This document shows, in pieces, positions 1 through 9,222 of a stretch of 64,000 bases of DNA. Every line of letters begins with the position of its first letter. The stretch's first letter is position 1. Under the pieces are notes generated by a model. That model searched no databases. It was not told where the DNA came from and saw nothing but the letters and a program-made list of their open reading frames with translations. The position numbers and the translations under genes are program-made. The stretch comes from Planctomycetota bacterium (GTDB taxonomy: Bacteria > Planctomycetota > UBA8108 > SXIK01). The stretch covers positions 6,144,001-6,208,000 of the forward strand of contig OZ244999.1 in assembly GCA_965223265.1 (NCBI GenBank), given 5' to 3'.

Positions 1-1
1 A

Positions 2-322
2 GGGTTTCTGGTAAACCACTGCTCATCGAGCATCGTCCCCTCATTCCGACAATTCGACTCCCCACCATCGCCGCTTGTGTATAATATGCGGGCTGTTTCG
101 ACGCTGGCAGTTTCCAGGTTGGCACCTCACAGCATCGGATCTCAGGTGAACGGTTTCGGTACCGCGGGGTACAGGGAGATCGGAGAGTGGACTGACCGCA
201 CCGCGCCGGGTCGCGCCTGGGTTCTGGCCCGGCTTGCGACGAACCCAGTAGAGAAACATGATAGGCTGGATCTGCCGATCCATGACTACGAGGACTCGAT
301 ACCAGTTCAAGTTGGGTCTTGA
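2..322 (+). CDS. 3' end of an unidentified gene entering from the left edge
   Basis: Frame 2 is open from base 2 to TGA at 320-322 and stops 10 nt before the next ATG (operon-like); no family recognised. Confidence 0.5.
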   Translation, partial: GFLVNHCSSSIVPSFRQFDSPPSPLVYNMRAVSTLAVSRLAPHSIGSQVNGFGTAGYREIGEWTDRTAPGRAWVLARLATNPVEKHDRLDLPIHDYEDSIPVQVGS

Positions 323-332
323 CGAGGTGGCT

Positions 333-3146
333 ATGCAGGCAGCAGTGTTCGACCTCGACGGTGTAATCGTAGACAGTGAACGCATTCACTCGCGAGCATT
401 CGAAACAGTGTTGCGCGGTTATATTACCGAGCTGCCCTCTGGGAAAAGAGGACTGATTCACGAGATTGGTATAAGCGAAAAGGAAAACTGGCGTCAATTG
501 GTGAGAGATTACCAGTTGGACGTGGACGTTGACGAGTTAGTCCAGGAACGGCGCAAAATTTACCCGGACCTGATGCGCGAAGCGGAATTGCTGCCTGGGG
601 TGCGGGAACTGCTGATGGAGATTATAGGCCAGGATGTCGCACTCGCGATTGCTTCGTCCACGTCTCTCGAAAACATAGAGACCGTGTTGAAGACGCACGA
701 GCTTCGCACGTTCTTTGACGCCATCGTATCAGCAGACCAAGTATCGAGCGGGAAGCCGGATCCAAAGATCTATCTCGAGGCCGCGCAAAGACTGAACGCT
801 TCTCCGCAGCTATGTGTCGCGTTCGAAGATTCCGCTACTGGAGTACGTGCGGCTGTCGAGGCAGGTATGTTTGTCGTAGCCGTCCCAGTTTACGTATCTG
901 AGAATGACGTCGAAGAGGCCGACGTTGTGCTCAAGTCGCTGAAAGGTGTCCGGTGGGGAGATCTGTGTGAAAAGGCTCGCTTCTCGGGAGTTCTGAACCG
1001 AAAGGAGACCCCCTTTCTCGTGGCTCCGTACGCTAAGAGAGTTGGGCAGGAGTTCGTCTTCGCAGTCCAGCGGAGGAAAAAGACACCACGAGTTTTCGTC
1101 GTCGGGGATACCCCTTGGGATCAGTTTTGGATTGGCCGCCCCGCGCAAACCTATCAGTCACACAGCAAGAGTGGTCTGGAGTATCCGCAATTGCGGATTT
1201 CCGAGAAGACCAAGCAGTACGGTCGGCCGGGTACCGTTTTCGCCGTAGCGAAAGTTCTTCGGGAGTTCGGTGCGGAGGTCGTCGTCCTTACATGGACAGG
1301 ACACGATGACCACGGAGAGAGTATTAGGCGTGAGTACATCGACCTCGGCGTCAAATTGGTCGATATTCGGCTCGACTGTCCGACCTGCGTGCACCATTTC
1401 ATTTTGAGAGCGGTCCCGGGTGAGACGAGGGACGGCGGAGGTCTCGAAGTGATCTTGCGGATGAACTATGAAGATGAGGCGGTCGGAGTTCGTTTTCAGG
1501 GCAATGGGTCCTCCGCCGACTGGAAGCCGCGTGTGTGCGCTGCCCTGCAGAGCAGTGACTACGTAGTGATCAACGACATTCATCGAGGAACACTGTCGTG
1601 GATCGCGGATAGTGGATCAGCCGATTCGTCCGAGGCGCTTCAACTGATTCGCGAGCAGTACGACCATCTGGGATACGATCGCCCTGTCACTATTTTGGAC
1701 GTGCGAAAGTCACTCACACCCTATGCGTCGTTGCCCATCGACGTTCTTGCCGCCTCGGGCTACGAAATCGCGGGTTTTTTGAATCCGAGATGGATTCAGC
1801 GGTCCGACATAGACGATGTCGCTGGATACGGACTCGATGAAGAGGAGTTTATCAAGCTGATCGAGCGTTTCCCACAGATCGGTATGGTATCTTTGACGCG
1901 CGGTTGGAAGGGGGTGCAGCTCGGAGTGAAAACTAACCGCGGTATGATTTGTGTGTCGGACATCGAGGCATTCACTTCAGAGTCCCAGAGCGTTACCCCG
2001 CACGCTGGCGACTTCTTCGACGCTGGTCTTGTTCTCGGCCATTGGACCTCACAGCGATTCCAAGACGCCGTACTTCTCGCTCAGACGCTGGCGAGTTGTC
2101 AGGTTGAGTTTGGAGGGGTCGAGATTGTCAATTTCGAGACGGCTCTTTCCCAACTCGAGAACAACGTGTTTCCGCGCAAAGACTCCCGAGTGATTAGCAA
2201 ATTCGAGATCGAGGAGTCACGGTCAAACCGAGTTCTCGCTGTGTTGGAGCATGTTCGAAGCGAGTCGGTGATCGACCTCGAGCGAAACCAACTAGGGAAC
2301 CTGTTTGCATGCTTTCATCTCGGTGAGATGTATAGACGACTGAAGACGCTTACCCAGTCTTATGGAGAAGGGGAGAAGACGTTGTTAGTGGTGTCTGGGG
2401 AAACCGGCGCGTGCAAGACTGACTTCGCGCAGGCTCTCGGAGTAGAGATCCTTGCGAGCCGAGAATTGACGCTGGAACAGGCGAAAATCGCTGTGGTTGA
2501 CAAGTGCACCAAGAAATGGTCCGACGTGTTCGGTGATCCCGATCCTCGCGAATCTCTCTCCCAGATGTTGAGCGAGACGGCCGAATACGGCGTGTTACTC
2601 ATCGATGAATTCCGAGAGAATCAAGAAGCTGGGCAGGCTCTTCTCGAACTGATCGATTCCCCAAAGTTTTTCGGCAAAGCAAAGTTGATCGTCGTCGGCT
2701 CAGCACTGGTGGGAATGTCCAAGGCGAGCGAGAACCCCTGGGCGGACCTCGTAAGCCGAGCGCACGATTTTGTTGAGATGCCGGCGTGGAAAGGCGACGC
2801 AATCGAAGACTTTCCGTATTGGTTTGCGAAAGCGTGCGAGTGGAGTCTTGCAGACGGCCAACCAGGACTGAAACCGGAGATTCAGTTAACGGTGGAACTG
2901 AGTGCATTGCACCATCTGATGATTCAATTCGAGGCAATCGAGAACGCGGTGAAGAAAAAGAACTATCGCGTGCTGGATACCCTGCTGTCGCCGGACGGAG
3001 TCCAGTGGCGAAACGGCTTGACTCTCAAAGCAGTACGACAATTCACAGAACGATTGGGGATTCCGAGTCCCTCGGCTTCGGTCGAACCGCCGTCCGGATT
3101 CTCCGTACGTGTACCCGTCCGACTTCCGCCGCCGAACTCAGCGTAG
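333..3146 (+). CDS. HAD phosphatase / PfkB(HldE)-like kinase / degenerate AAA+ fusion protein
   Basis: GAGGTGG RBS before ATG 333; HAD motifs DLDGV, ASS, KPDP, FEDS; PfkB-like VFVVGD...HAGDFFDAG; Walker-like GETGACKT and LLIDE. Confidence 0.75.
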   Translation: MQAAVFDLDGVIVDSERIHSRAFETVLRGYITELPSGKRGLIHEIGISEKENWRQLVRDYQLDVDVDELVQERRKIYPDLMREAELLPGVRELLMEIIGQDVALAIASSTSLENIETVLKTHELRTFFDAIVSADQVSSGKPDPKIYLEAAQRLNASPQLCVAFEDSATGVRAAVEAGMFVVAVPVYVSENDVEEADVVLKSLKGVRWGDLCEKARFSGVLNRKETPFLVAPYAKRVGQEFVFAVQRRKKTPRVFVVGDTPWDQFWIGRPAQTYQSHSKSGLEYPQLRISEKTKQYGRPGTVFAVAKVLREFGAEVVVLTWTGHDDHGESIRREYIDLGVKLVDIRLDCPTCVHHFILRAVPGETRDGGGLEVILRMNYEDEAVGVRFQGNGSSADWKPRVCAALQSSDYVVINDIHRGTLSWIADSGSADSSEALQLIREQYDHLGYDRPVTILDVRKSLTPYASLPIDVLAASGYEIAGFLNPRWIQRSDIDDVAGYGLDEEEFIKLIERFPQIGMVSLTRGWKGVQLGVKTNRGMICVSDIEAFTSESQSVTPHAGDFFDAGLVLGHWTSQRFQDAVLLAQTLASCQVEFGGVEIVNFETALSQLENNVFPRKDSRVISKFEIEESRSNRVLAVLEHVRSESVIDLERNQLGNLFACFHLGEMYRRLKTLTQSYGEGEKTLLVVSGETGACKTDFAQALGVEILASRELTLEQAKIAVVDKCTKKWSDVFGDPDPRESLSQMLSETAEYGVLLIDEFRENQEAGQALLELIDSPKFFGKAKLIVVGSALVGMSKASENPWADLVSRAHDFVEMPAWKGDAIEDFPYWFAKACEWSLADGQPGLKPEIQLTVELSALHHLMIQFEAIENAVKKKNYRVLDTLLSPDGVQWRNGLTLKAVRQFTERLGIPSPSASVEPPSGFSVRVPVRLPPPNSA

Positions 3147-3432
3147 AAGAATGTCGGTGAGTTGATCACGGTTCTACCGCGCAGCATCTGACTTTTCGTA
3201 AGCCTCCGACCGTCCACGTGGCCTGATGTTGTGTTGCCAGCGCACACGACGATCGTATACCGGTATACGAAACGATACAAAATCACCGTGAATCGAGCAC
3301 GATTGTTGCAACCAGGGGTGCATCGAGGTACATTGCTACGCAACGAGTTGCGACTTCCAAGCAAGCCCTCTGAGAGTCTTACAAGGTGGAAGTTCCCAGT
3401 TCGAGTCTGGGCATGTCCACCACCGATAAACG

Positions 3433-3466
3433 GCCCCGCAACAGGTTGTTGCGGGGCTCTTCCTTT
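3433..3466 (+). terminator. Probable intrinsic terminator between convergent genes
   Basis: GCCCCGCAACA-ggt-TGTTGCGGGGC stem followed by TCTTCCTTT. Confidence 0.55.
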
Positions 3467-3563
3467 GATAGCGCGAGCGGCTGCATGAGTCCACGCACTG
3501 GGTTCACTCAACGAAGCAGCGCAAGAGCACGCTACTGATCGTCGACCCCACGCGCCCTACGAA

Positions 3564-3749
3564 CTATTCCCTCGTCGCCGCCGCCAGGATCAACCGCCGC
3601 ATCCACTCCGCCACGGTGAGTCCCTCGCGCTCGGCGACGCGCGTGATCAATCGGTGCTCCGCATCGGTGACGCGAAGGTTGACGATCTTGCCTTTGTACT
3701 TTGATCTCGCGATCTTGGGTCGTCCTCTTTTCTTCTTTTTCTTTGTCAT
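3564..3749 (-). CDS. Small ribbon-helix-helix (MobC/CopG-like) DNA-binding protein
   Basis: 61 aa, KRGRPK hook then IVNLRVTDAEHRLITRVAEREGLTVAEWMRR (beta-alpha-alpha pattern). Confidence 0.7.
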   Translation of the reverse strand: MTKKKKKRGRPKIARSKYKGKIVNLRVTDAEHRLITRVAEREGLTVAEWMRRLILAAATRE

Positions 3750-3830
3750 TATTAGATTCTATAGTAAAGTTTCTGATGTACAAAATATTTTGTTGAAATA
3801 TGTTCGTTAGAACTTAAAGTTATAGTAGTG
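3750..3830. promoter_or_regulatory. AT-rich divergent promoter/operator region
   Basis: Abruptly AT-rich stretch between divergent genes, with perfect palindrome ACAAAATATTTTGT at 3780-3793. Confidence 0.55.
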
Positions 3831-4122
3831 CAGTTGATCGTGCGCTGAAGAGATGCTCGCGGTGATTGATCCGTGCTTTCTCTTCTTCGCACACTGACGT
3901 GTGAGCGTCGGCGGCACAGTGGGATGCTTCTTCGGAAGAGCGCAGATGTGGTTCGTTTGCCCTTCTCGACGAAGCCAGCATCACGCAGTGCTGCGCGTGC
4001 TCAACTGCGACCACAACGGCGTTCTCCTTGGACGGTCCGGGAGAACAAGAAAGCGGAGCTCCGCCAAACGTCTTGGCGGACAAGCAGAGCTCCAATCACC
4101 ACCACCTTTTCAGGAGGCAGCT

Positions 4123-5127
4123 ATGCCAAACTCTACCGTCGCTTCTACCCGTCCCGCAACTTTTGCATCGGAACGATTCGATGTGGGAGGCGCTTCAGGC
4201 GCTTCACCCCTACCGGATGCAGAAGCGACAGCTCGCACGGCGGCGACCGTCGGCGGCAATGAAGATCGCCTCGGTGCCAACGCCACCGGCGCCTACAGAC
4301 CGGCTTCCATCACCGACGCCGACCTTGCCGCTTTCGAAGCCGCCCTTCCCAACGTCGTTCGGCTCCGCCGCCTTGCCCTCAGCGCGACGGCGCGAAGCGA
4401 CTGGACAAGCGTTGGGGGCCAGCCCTATCTTGGCACAGCCGGCTGCATGAAGATTGCCGCGCTTTTCGGCGTCAGCCTCACCGGCACACGCGTTCAGGCT
4501 GCACGCGACGACGCTGGCGTAAGCGACGTCATCCGCTACGTCGCCCGCACAACCGCCCGCTTCCTTGGCCGCCGAGTTGAAGTTGAAGGCGTGGCCAGCT
4601 CGAGCGAGAGCTTCTTCTCACGCCGCCGCGGCAAGAGATTGCCGCTCTCGGAGATCGATCTGAGCGCGGTGCGCAAGAAGGCCGTCACGAACGCCCAAAT
4701 CCGCGCCGTCAAATGCATCCTCGGGCTTGGCGGCATCACCTGGGACGAAGTGCGCGCCGCCGGCGTCACGAAGGACGGGGTTGCCGCCGTCGACTTCGGT
4801 CGCCGCGGCGAGCGTGAATCCCGCGCGGCAGCACACCAACCGGCCGGCGCTGTCACGAAACGACAGCCACGTCGGCTCGACCCAGCCCGACGGCGCCTCT
4901 ATAACATCCTCCTTGAGCTCGGCACCCACCAGCAGGTGCGCTTCGATGAATCCTTACGCCACTACTCACGCCGCCGCGGCGCCCATGGCGAGAGCCAGTG
5001 CGCCGAGCGGATCAGCGATCTGGACGCGGCCTGGCTGCAGGAGACCCTCGAGCGCGCCGAGCACGACTGGCGCGAGATCCCCGTGGGGCAGCTTGCCAGC
5101 CGCATCAAACTGGAGCAAGGCGACTGA
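4123..5127 (+). CDS. Phage-type protein, putative single-strand annealing (Rad52/Sak-like) recombinase
   Basis: CAGGAGG RBS before ATG 4123; DW..GGQPYL..AG..KIA.LFGVS and KKAVTNA..RAV..ILGL motifs resemble phage recombination proteins. Confidence 0.5.
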   Translation: MPNSTVASTRPATFASERFDVGGASGASPLPDAEATARTAATVGGNEDRLGANATGAYRPASITDADLAAFEAALPNVVRLRRLALSATARSDWTSVGGQPYLGTAGCMKIAALFGVSLTGTRVQAARDDAGVSDVIRYVARTTARFLGRRVEVEGVASSSESFFSRRRGKRLPLSEIDLSAVRKKAVTNAQIRAVKCILGLGGITWDEVRAAGVTKDGVAAVDFGRRGERESRAAAHQPAGAVTKRQPRRLDPARRRLYNILLELGTHQQVRFDESLRHYSRRRGAHGESQCAERISDLDAAWLQETLERAEHDWREIPVGQLASRIKLEQGD

Positions 5128-5187
5128 CCACGCCCTTGGCGACGGCCACATGAACTGAGAGCTGCGCGTGGTGAGCCGGAGCACCAC

Positions 5188-5356
5188 GCGCCCTCTCCCC
5201 CGGCGCTGCGCGCTGCTGGTGGCGAGGCCGCATCCGCGGGCGTAGCGCAGCGGCGTCTGAGCGAACGACGCCTCGCGGCGTTCGCGGCTCGCCGCGGAGC
5301 GAAGACCGAGGACGGCCCGAGCCGCCAGCGGCGCGCAGCGCCGGGGGAGAGGGCGC
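5188..5356. repeat. Long intergenic inverted repeat (36-bp arms)
   Basis: Arms 5188-5223 and 5321-5356 are complementary with two mismatches, both G-T. Confidence 0.85.
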
Positions 5357-5588
5357 TCGTTCGTCGTTCAACCCATCTCGTTTGATCAACTGGGTTTCGC
5401 TCTGACCCACTCGGCTACCAATCGTCACGTCGAAAAAAACTTCCCAGATTCCGTTTCGCACATCCGCCGTTTGCGGCAACTAAGAGGTGGAAGCGTGCAT
5501 CGCGCACGCTCGCGTCACTCTTTCGACACTCTCTCGCACTCTTCAGGAGGCTTCTTTGCTCAGCGTACCTTTTCCGACCCGCTCGCTC

Positions 5589-6032
5589 ATGACAATCTCC
5601 GTGACGCTCACGGCGCTGCTCTTCATCGCCATCTCCGCTTCATGCATCTCGCTCTTTCGACCCGCGGCCCGGAGCCCCCACCAGCTCCATCGACCCGACG
5701 GCACCACCGTCGTCTGCTATGAACCGCCGGCCGAGGTCGTGCCTAGCGCCGTGAGAGCGCGAATCGACGCCAAGATTCCCGACGTCATCGAGGTCCTCGA
5801 AGCGCAGCTTGAGATCGAGGAGACGTTCGTTCGCATCCGCTCGGAGGTTCACAATCTGCAGGCTGTCGAAGCGCTCGAGTTTCGTCTCTGCGCCGCCTGG
5901 GCACAGGGGGTTCTCAGTGAGGAGCTCTACCGCGAGTTCCTGTTTGAGGTGTTGCCGCTTCTGCGAGAAGCGTGTCGCGACGAAGACGCGACGGCAACGA
6001 CGGTGCTGTTCGTGGAGGGTTCAGAACGGTGA
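5589..6032 (+). CDS. Hypothetical protein with N-terminal hydrophobic anchor
   Basis: MTISVTLTALLFIAISASC hydrophobic segment; stop overlaps the next GTG start (GTGA). Confidence 0.55.
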   Translation: MTISVTLTALLFIAISASCISLFRPAARSPHQLHRPDGTTVVCYEPPAEVVPSAVRARIDAKIPDVIEVLEAQLEIEETFVRIRSEVHNLQAVEALEFRLCAAWAQGVLSEELYREFLFEVLPLLREACRDEDATATTVLFVEGSER

Positions 6033-6301
6033 CTACCCAGCACAACGACGCGCAAATCGAACTTCCCGACGCTTTCCGGCTCTTCTCCGTGCAGCAAGTC
6101 GCTCACATTCTGCAGGTGCGCGAATCCGTCGTTCGCAAACTCATCTTCGAGGGCAAGCTCAGCGCCACCCGCGTTGGCGTGCTGATCCGTGTGTCGCAAG
6201 CTGCCCTCGAACGATTTCTCGTAGAAAACCCCTGCACTGCGCCGGACGCGCGCCGAGATCCCTGGCGGCATCGACGGGCACTCACCAAGCGCACGAAATA
6301 G
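6029..6301 (+). CDS. Excisionase-like helix-turn-helix (HTH_17) protein
   Basis: GGAGGG RBS; LFSVQQVAHILQVRESVVRKLIFEGKLSATRVG..IRV motif. Confidence 0.75.
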   Translation: MTTQHNDAQIELPDAFRLFSVQQVAHILQVRESVVRKLIFEGKLSATRVGVLIRVSQAALERFLVENPCTAPDARRDPWRHRRALTKRTK

Positions 6302-6511
6302 CACCAAAGCACGTGGCGTCGCTCCCACATCCGAGGCTGACAACAGACGCTCGACGCACCTACGCGTCACTAGCTCCTCGCTCGCGGTCCGAATTCGAGC
6401 GCGCTGACGCACAGCTCAGCCCCCACGCCGAGCCGCAGATCCACCGTCGCCACCCGAATCGGCCACGCCCCAACCCCAGCCGCCGAAGGCGAAATTCACA
6501 GACAACATACA

Positions 6512-6558
6512 GACAAACAAAGAAACAAGGACCTACGGTCGATGCCGTAAGTCCTTGT
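6512..6558 (-). terminator. Hairpin/terminator downstream of tRNA-Pro
   Basis: ACAAGGAC-CTACGG...CCGTAA-GTCCTTGT stem (6525-6558) followed on the minus strand by TTCTTTGTTTG. Confidence 0.55.
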
Positions 6559-6564
6559 AGCGAT

Positions 6565-6642
6565 TGGTCGGGGTGACTGGATTCGAACCAACGACCTCCT
6601 GCTCCCAAAGCAGGCGCTCTAGCCAAGCTGAGCTACACCCCG
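6565..6642 (-). tRNA. tRNA-Pro (anticodon UGG)
   Basis: Reverse complement CGGGGTGTAGCTCAGC...CCTGCTTTGGGAGCAGG...GGTTCGAATCC...CCCCGACCA; cloverleaf with encoded CCA. Confidence 0.97.
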
Positions 6643-7056
6643 AGAGTGCGGCAGACGAGAATCTTGGCGCGACGTGTCGGCGCCGTCAAGCCCCTTCCTT
6701 TGATGTTGTCATGCCGTCGGTGCGGCCGGAAGCACGACGGCCGACACGCGTCGCTGATCGAGCGCGGCCTGCCATGATGCTTGACGAGAACTTCTCCGGC
6801 TGGCCGAGCTCGTGGTTCTTCTACGACGAGACTGGCCTCGGGCTGACGGAGCGCATGACTCCTTCTGCGACGCGGCGGCCGCGTCGTATCTGGCGCAAGT
6901 CGGCGCAACCCGCGTGCTGCAGCCGGGCGTCGCACCCGCGGCGCGGGCAAGGCAGAAACACTTAGAGACGCGTGTCGCACACGGGCACTCCCCGCGATCG
7001 ACACAGCCGCGCCTCGCCCAAACTGCGCGCCGCAAGCGCGCAGCACGCCCGCCGAC

Positions 7057-9129
7057 TCACTCCACGCAGACGTCGAACTCGTCGGGCGACGGATCAAACC
7101 CAGGCGATGGATACGGCGGCAGCGGCGGTGGGCCGCCGACGAACAGGAAATTGAGCGACGCGATCGGGTCGCTGATGTCGACCTGGCCTCCGTCGTCGAA
7201 GTCCACCGAATCTCGGCACGGCGGATCTTCGGCATTCGCTACGAAGAGGAAGTTCAGCGTCGCGATCGGGTCCGCGATGTCGAGCTGCAAGTCGCCGTCG
7301 AAGTCGCCGCGCAGGAAGCGCTTCAGGAACGGCGGACCGTCACCCAAGATCATCACCTCGGCGCTCTTCAGCGCCGGTACTCGCTTTTGGCCATCGACGA
7401 TAAAGATGTTGTTGATGCGGCTGATCTTTGGATCGTTCACAAGCGCCAGAGTTGTACTCTGACCCGCTGGCGCATCCTCAGCGATGTCGAAGACTGCGTG
7501 CACCAGCGACACATCGCGTCCTGGAGGCAAACGCGTGCCGTCAAACGGCTCCCTCGTCTCAAAGACCACACCGATCTCAACATGCGTCCCCTGATCCACG
7601 GTCACCGACAAATCGGGCGTGATGCGCGCTGCTGCAACTGCCCCGAGACTAAAGTCCGAACGTACGAACTGCAGGAAGTCAGAGTCGTACGTCATCATGG
7701 TTTGGAATCCCTGGATCGGCTCGTTCGTCGTCGCGATGACGGGAAACCAGACCTCTGAGTCTCCGGGCTGCACGAGTTGATCGGTCAGGTGCATCGAGAA
7801 GAGAGGATCCTGGACGACGACGAATTCTTCGAACTCGATAAAACTCGTCACGCCACCCGGGCCACTCACGGTGAGGCTCACGGTGTAAGCTCCCGGGTCG
7901 TTGTACACATGCAGTGGATTCTGGACGTTCGACACCTGCCCATCGCCGAAGTCCCACAACCAACTGTCAACAGCCCCCGTCGACGTATCCGAGAATTGCA
8001 CCTCAAGCGGCACTCGACCAGACGTCACATCTGTCTCGAATGATGCGGCCGGCGTACACGCATCGCTGGCGTAAATCACCTCGTCGTCGTTGCGCACAAA
8101 CGTCACGTGGAGGCCGCCGAAAGAGTCACTGTCGACACTCGGAAGCGACTCTCCTGCGGCGGTTTCCGTCACCCGCAGTGGAGCATCGAACGCCGTGCCA
8201 TCGCCGCGCAGCACGTACACGTCGCCATCGTTCACATAAGCGAGAAGAACGGTGCCGTCAAGTTTCACCCGCATCTCCGAGTCGACGACGCCGCCGATGG
8301 CAATCAGCTCCGGCGTCAAGAATCCTGATCCGACCATCCTCGAGAGATAGAGCGCGCTGATCGTGTCGAAACTCACGAGCACGACGCCATCTGGTGTCAC
8401 TCCAACCGACACGGACGTCTCCCCGATCGACGGCGTGTTGGTCACCGGTGTTCCCGGAGGGAACGACAACGTGTGACTACTTGTATACTTCACGTCATTT
8501 CCGTCAACGTAAGCGACGTGAACTTCGCCATCGTCGTCGACGAAAATCGCCGGACAATCGCCGCTCGGCGAAACAACCACTGGCTCACTCATTGAACTTG
8601 AGCGATACATGACTCGCGGCACATCGCCAACGCGCTGCGCCCAAACGACGTGTGGTTCGCCGGCAAGATCGAGCGCCAACTGCGGCGCGTAATCGTCGAC
8701 GCGGTTGTTCGAAAGATTCTCCGGTGGCAAGAAAGAGCCACCAGTATTGTTACCCAGCAGAATCTCTCGGCCGAGCAGCGGGTCGGACCCAACCTGACTA
8801 AAGGCCAGGTGAGTCACACCACTGGAGTTGGTCGATAAGCTGGGGTCGCCAGTCGCACCAGCACCGACGTTCAGCGGCAAGTCCTGCGTTCCGATCGAGG
8901 TGATGATCGTGAGCGTCAATTCATCGTCGACGACGCTCGCCGCATAGGCGTTGTTAGCGGTGTCGAGCGCCAACTGTGTTTGAGTTGCCTGAACGACCGC
9001 CGAATCGAGAGGCCGTTCGTTCCAACCTTCGCAATCTTCTTGAGCGAACGAGGAACCCGCCGAGAAAAGAACGACGGCGCACCACATGGCCATCGCGCAA
9101 ATCCTACTTCGTTCGGATCTCTGAGGCAT
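7057..9129 (-). CDS. Secreted beta-repeat + PKD + cohesin-like + dockerin-like protein
   Basis: Signal peptide; PKD motif WLWDFGDG..S..QNP.H.Y..PG.YTVSLTV; C-terminal FLRGDFDGD...DIADP...DFDDGG.VDISD. Confidence 0.8.
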   Translation of the reverse strand: MPQRSERSRICAMAMWCAVVLFSAGSSFAQEDCEGWNERPLDSAVVQATQTQLALDTANNAYAASVVDDELTLTIITSIGTQDLPLNVGAGATGDPSLSTNSSGVTHLAFSQVGSDPLLGREILLGNNTGGSFLPPENLSNNRVDDYAPQLALDLAGEPHVVWAQRVGDVPRVMYRSSSMSEPVVVSPSGDCPAIFVDDDGEVHVAYVDGNDVKYTSSHTLSFPPGTPVTNTPSIGETSVSVGVTPDGVVLVSFDTISALYLSRMVGSGFLTPELIAIGGVVDSEMRVKLDGTVLLAYVNDGDVYVLRGDGTAFDAPLRVTETAAGESLPSVDSDSFGGLHVTFVRNDDEVIYASDACTPAASFETDVTSGRVPLEVQFSDTSTGAVDSWLWDFGDGQVSNVQNPLHVYNDPGAYTVSLTVSGPGGVTSFIEFEEFVVVQDPLFSMHLTDQLVQPGDSEVWFPVIATTNEPIQGFQTMMTYDSDFLQFVRSDFSLGAVAAARITPDLSVTVDQGTHVEIGVVFETREPFDGTRLPPGRDVSLVHAVFDIAEDAPAGQSTTLALVNDPKISRINNIFIVDGQKRVPALKSAEVMILGDGPPFLKRFLRGDFDGDLQLDIADPIATLNFLFVANAEDPPCRDSVDFDDGGQVDISDPIASLNFLFVGGPPPLPPYPSPGFDPSPDEFDVCVE

Positions 9130-9222
9130 TGACTCATCCTCCTGCCGTCTCGTCGGCACAGATTATCATTCTTTGGTCTTCGGTGTTGAAGCTACACAGC
9201 ACTCTTCAACAGGCTGCTCGAG

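Larger units (their letters stand above)
1..6564. mobile_element. Right-hand part of a putative integrative element/prophage remnant inserted at tRNA-Pro 3' end
   Basis: Xis-like, SSAP-like and RHH genes abut the tRNA 3' end; ACAGACAA direct repeats at 6498 and 6509; no integrase within the window. Confidence 0.55.

Noticed and set aside
80-85. TATAAT promoter for the fusion gene
   Set aside because: Lies within a frame open from the window edge and has no properly spaced -35
3296-3311. Sigma54 promoter-like GAGCACGATTGTTGCA
   Set aside because: Lacks the invariant GG at -24 and no convincing gene follows
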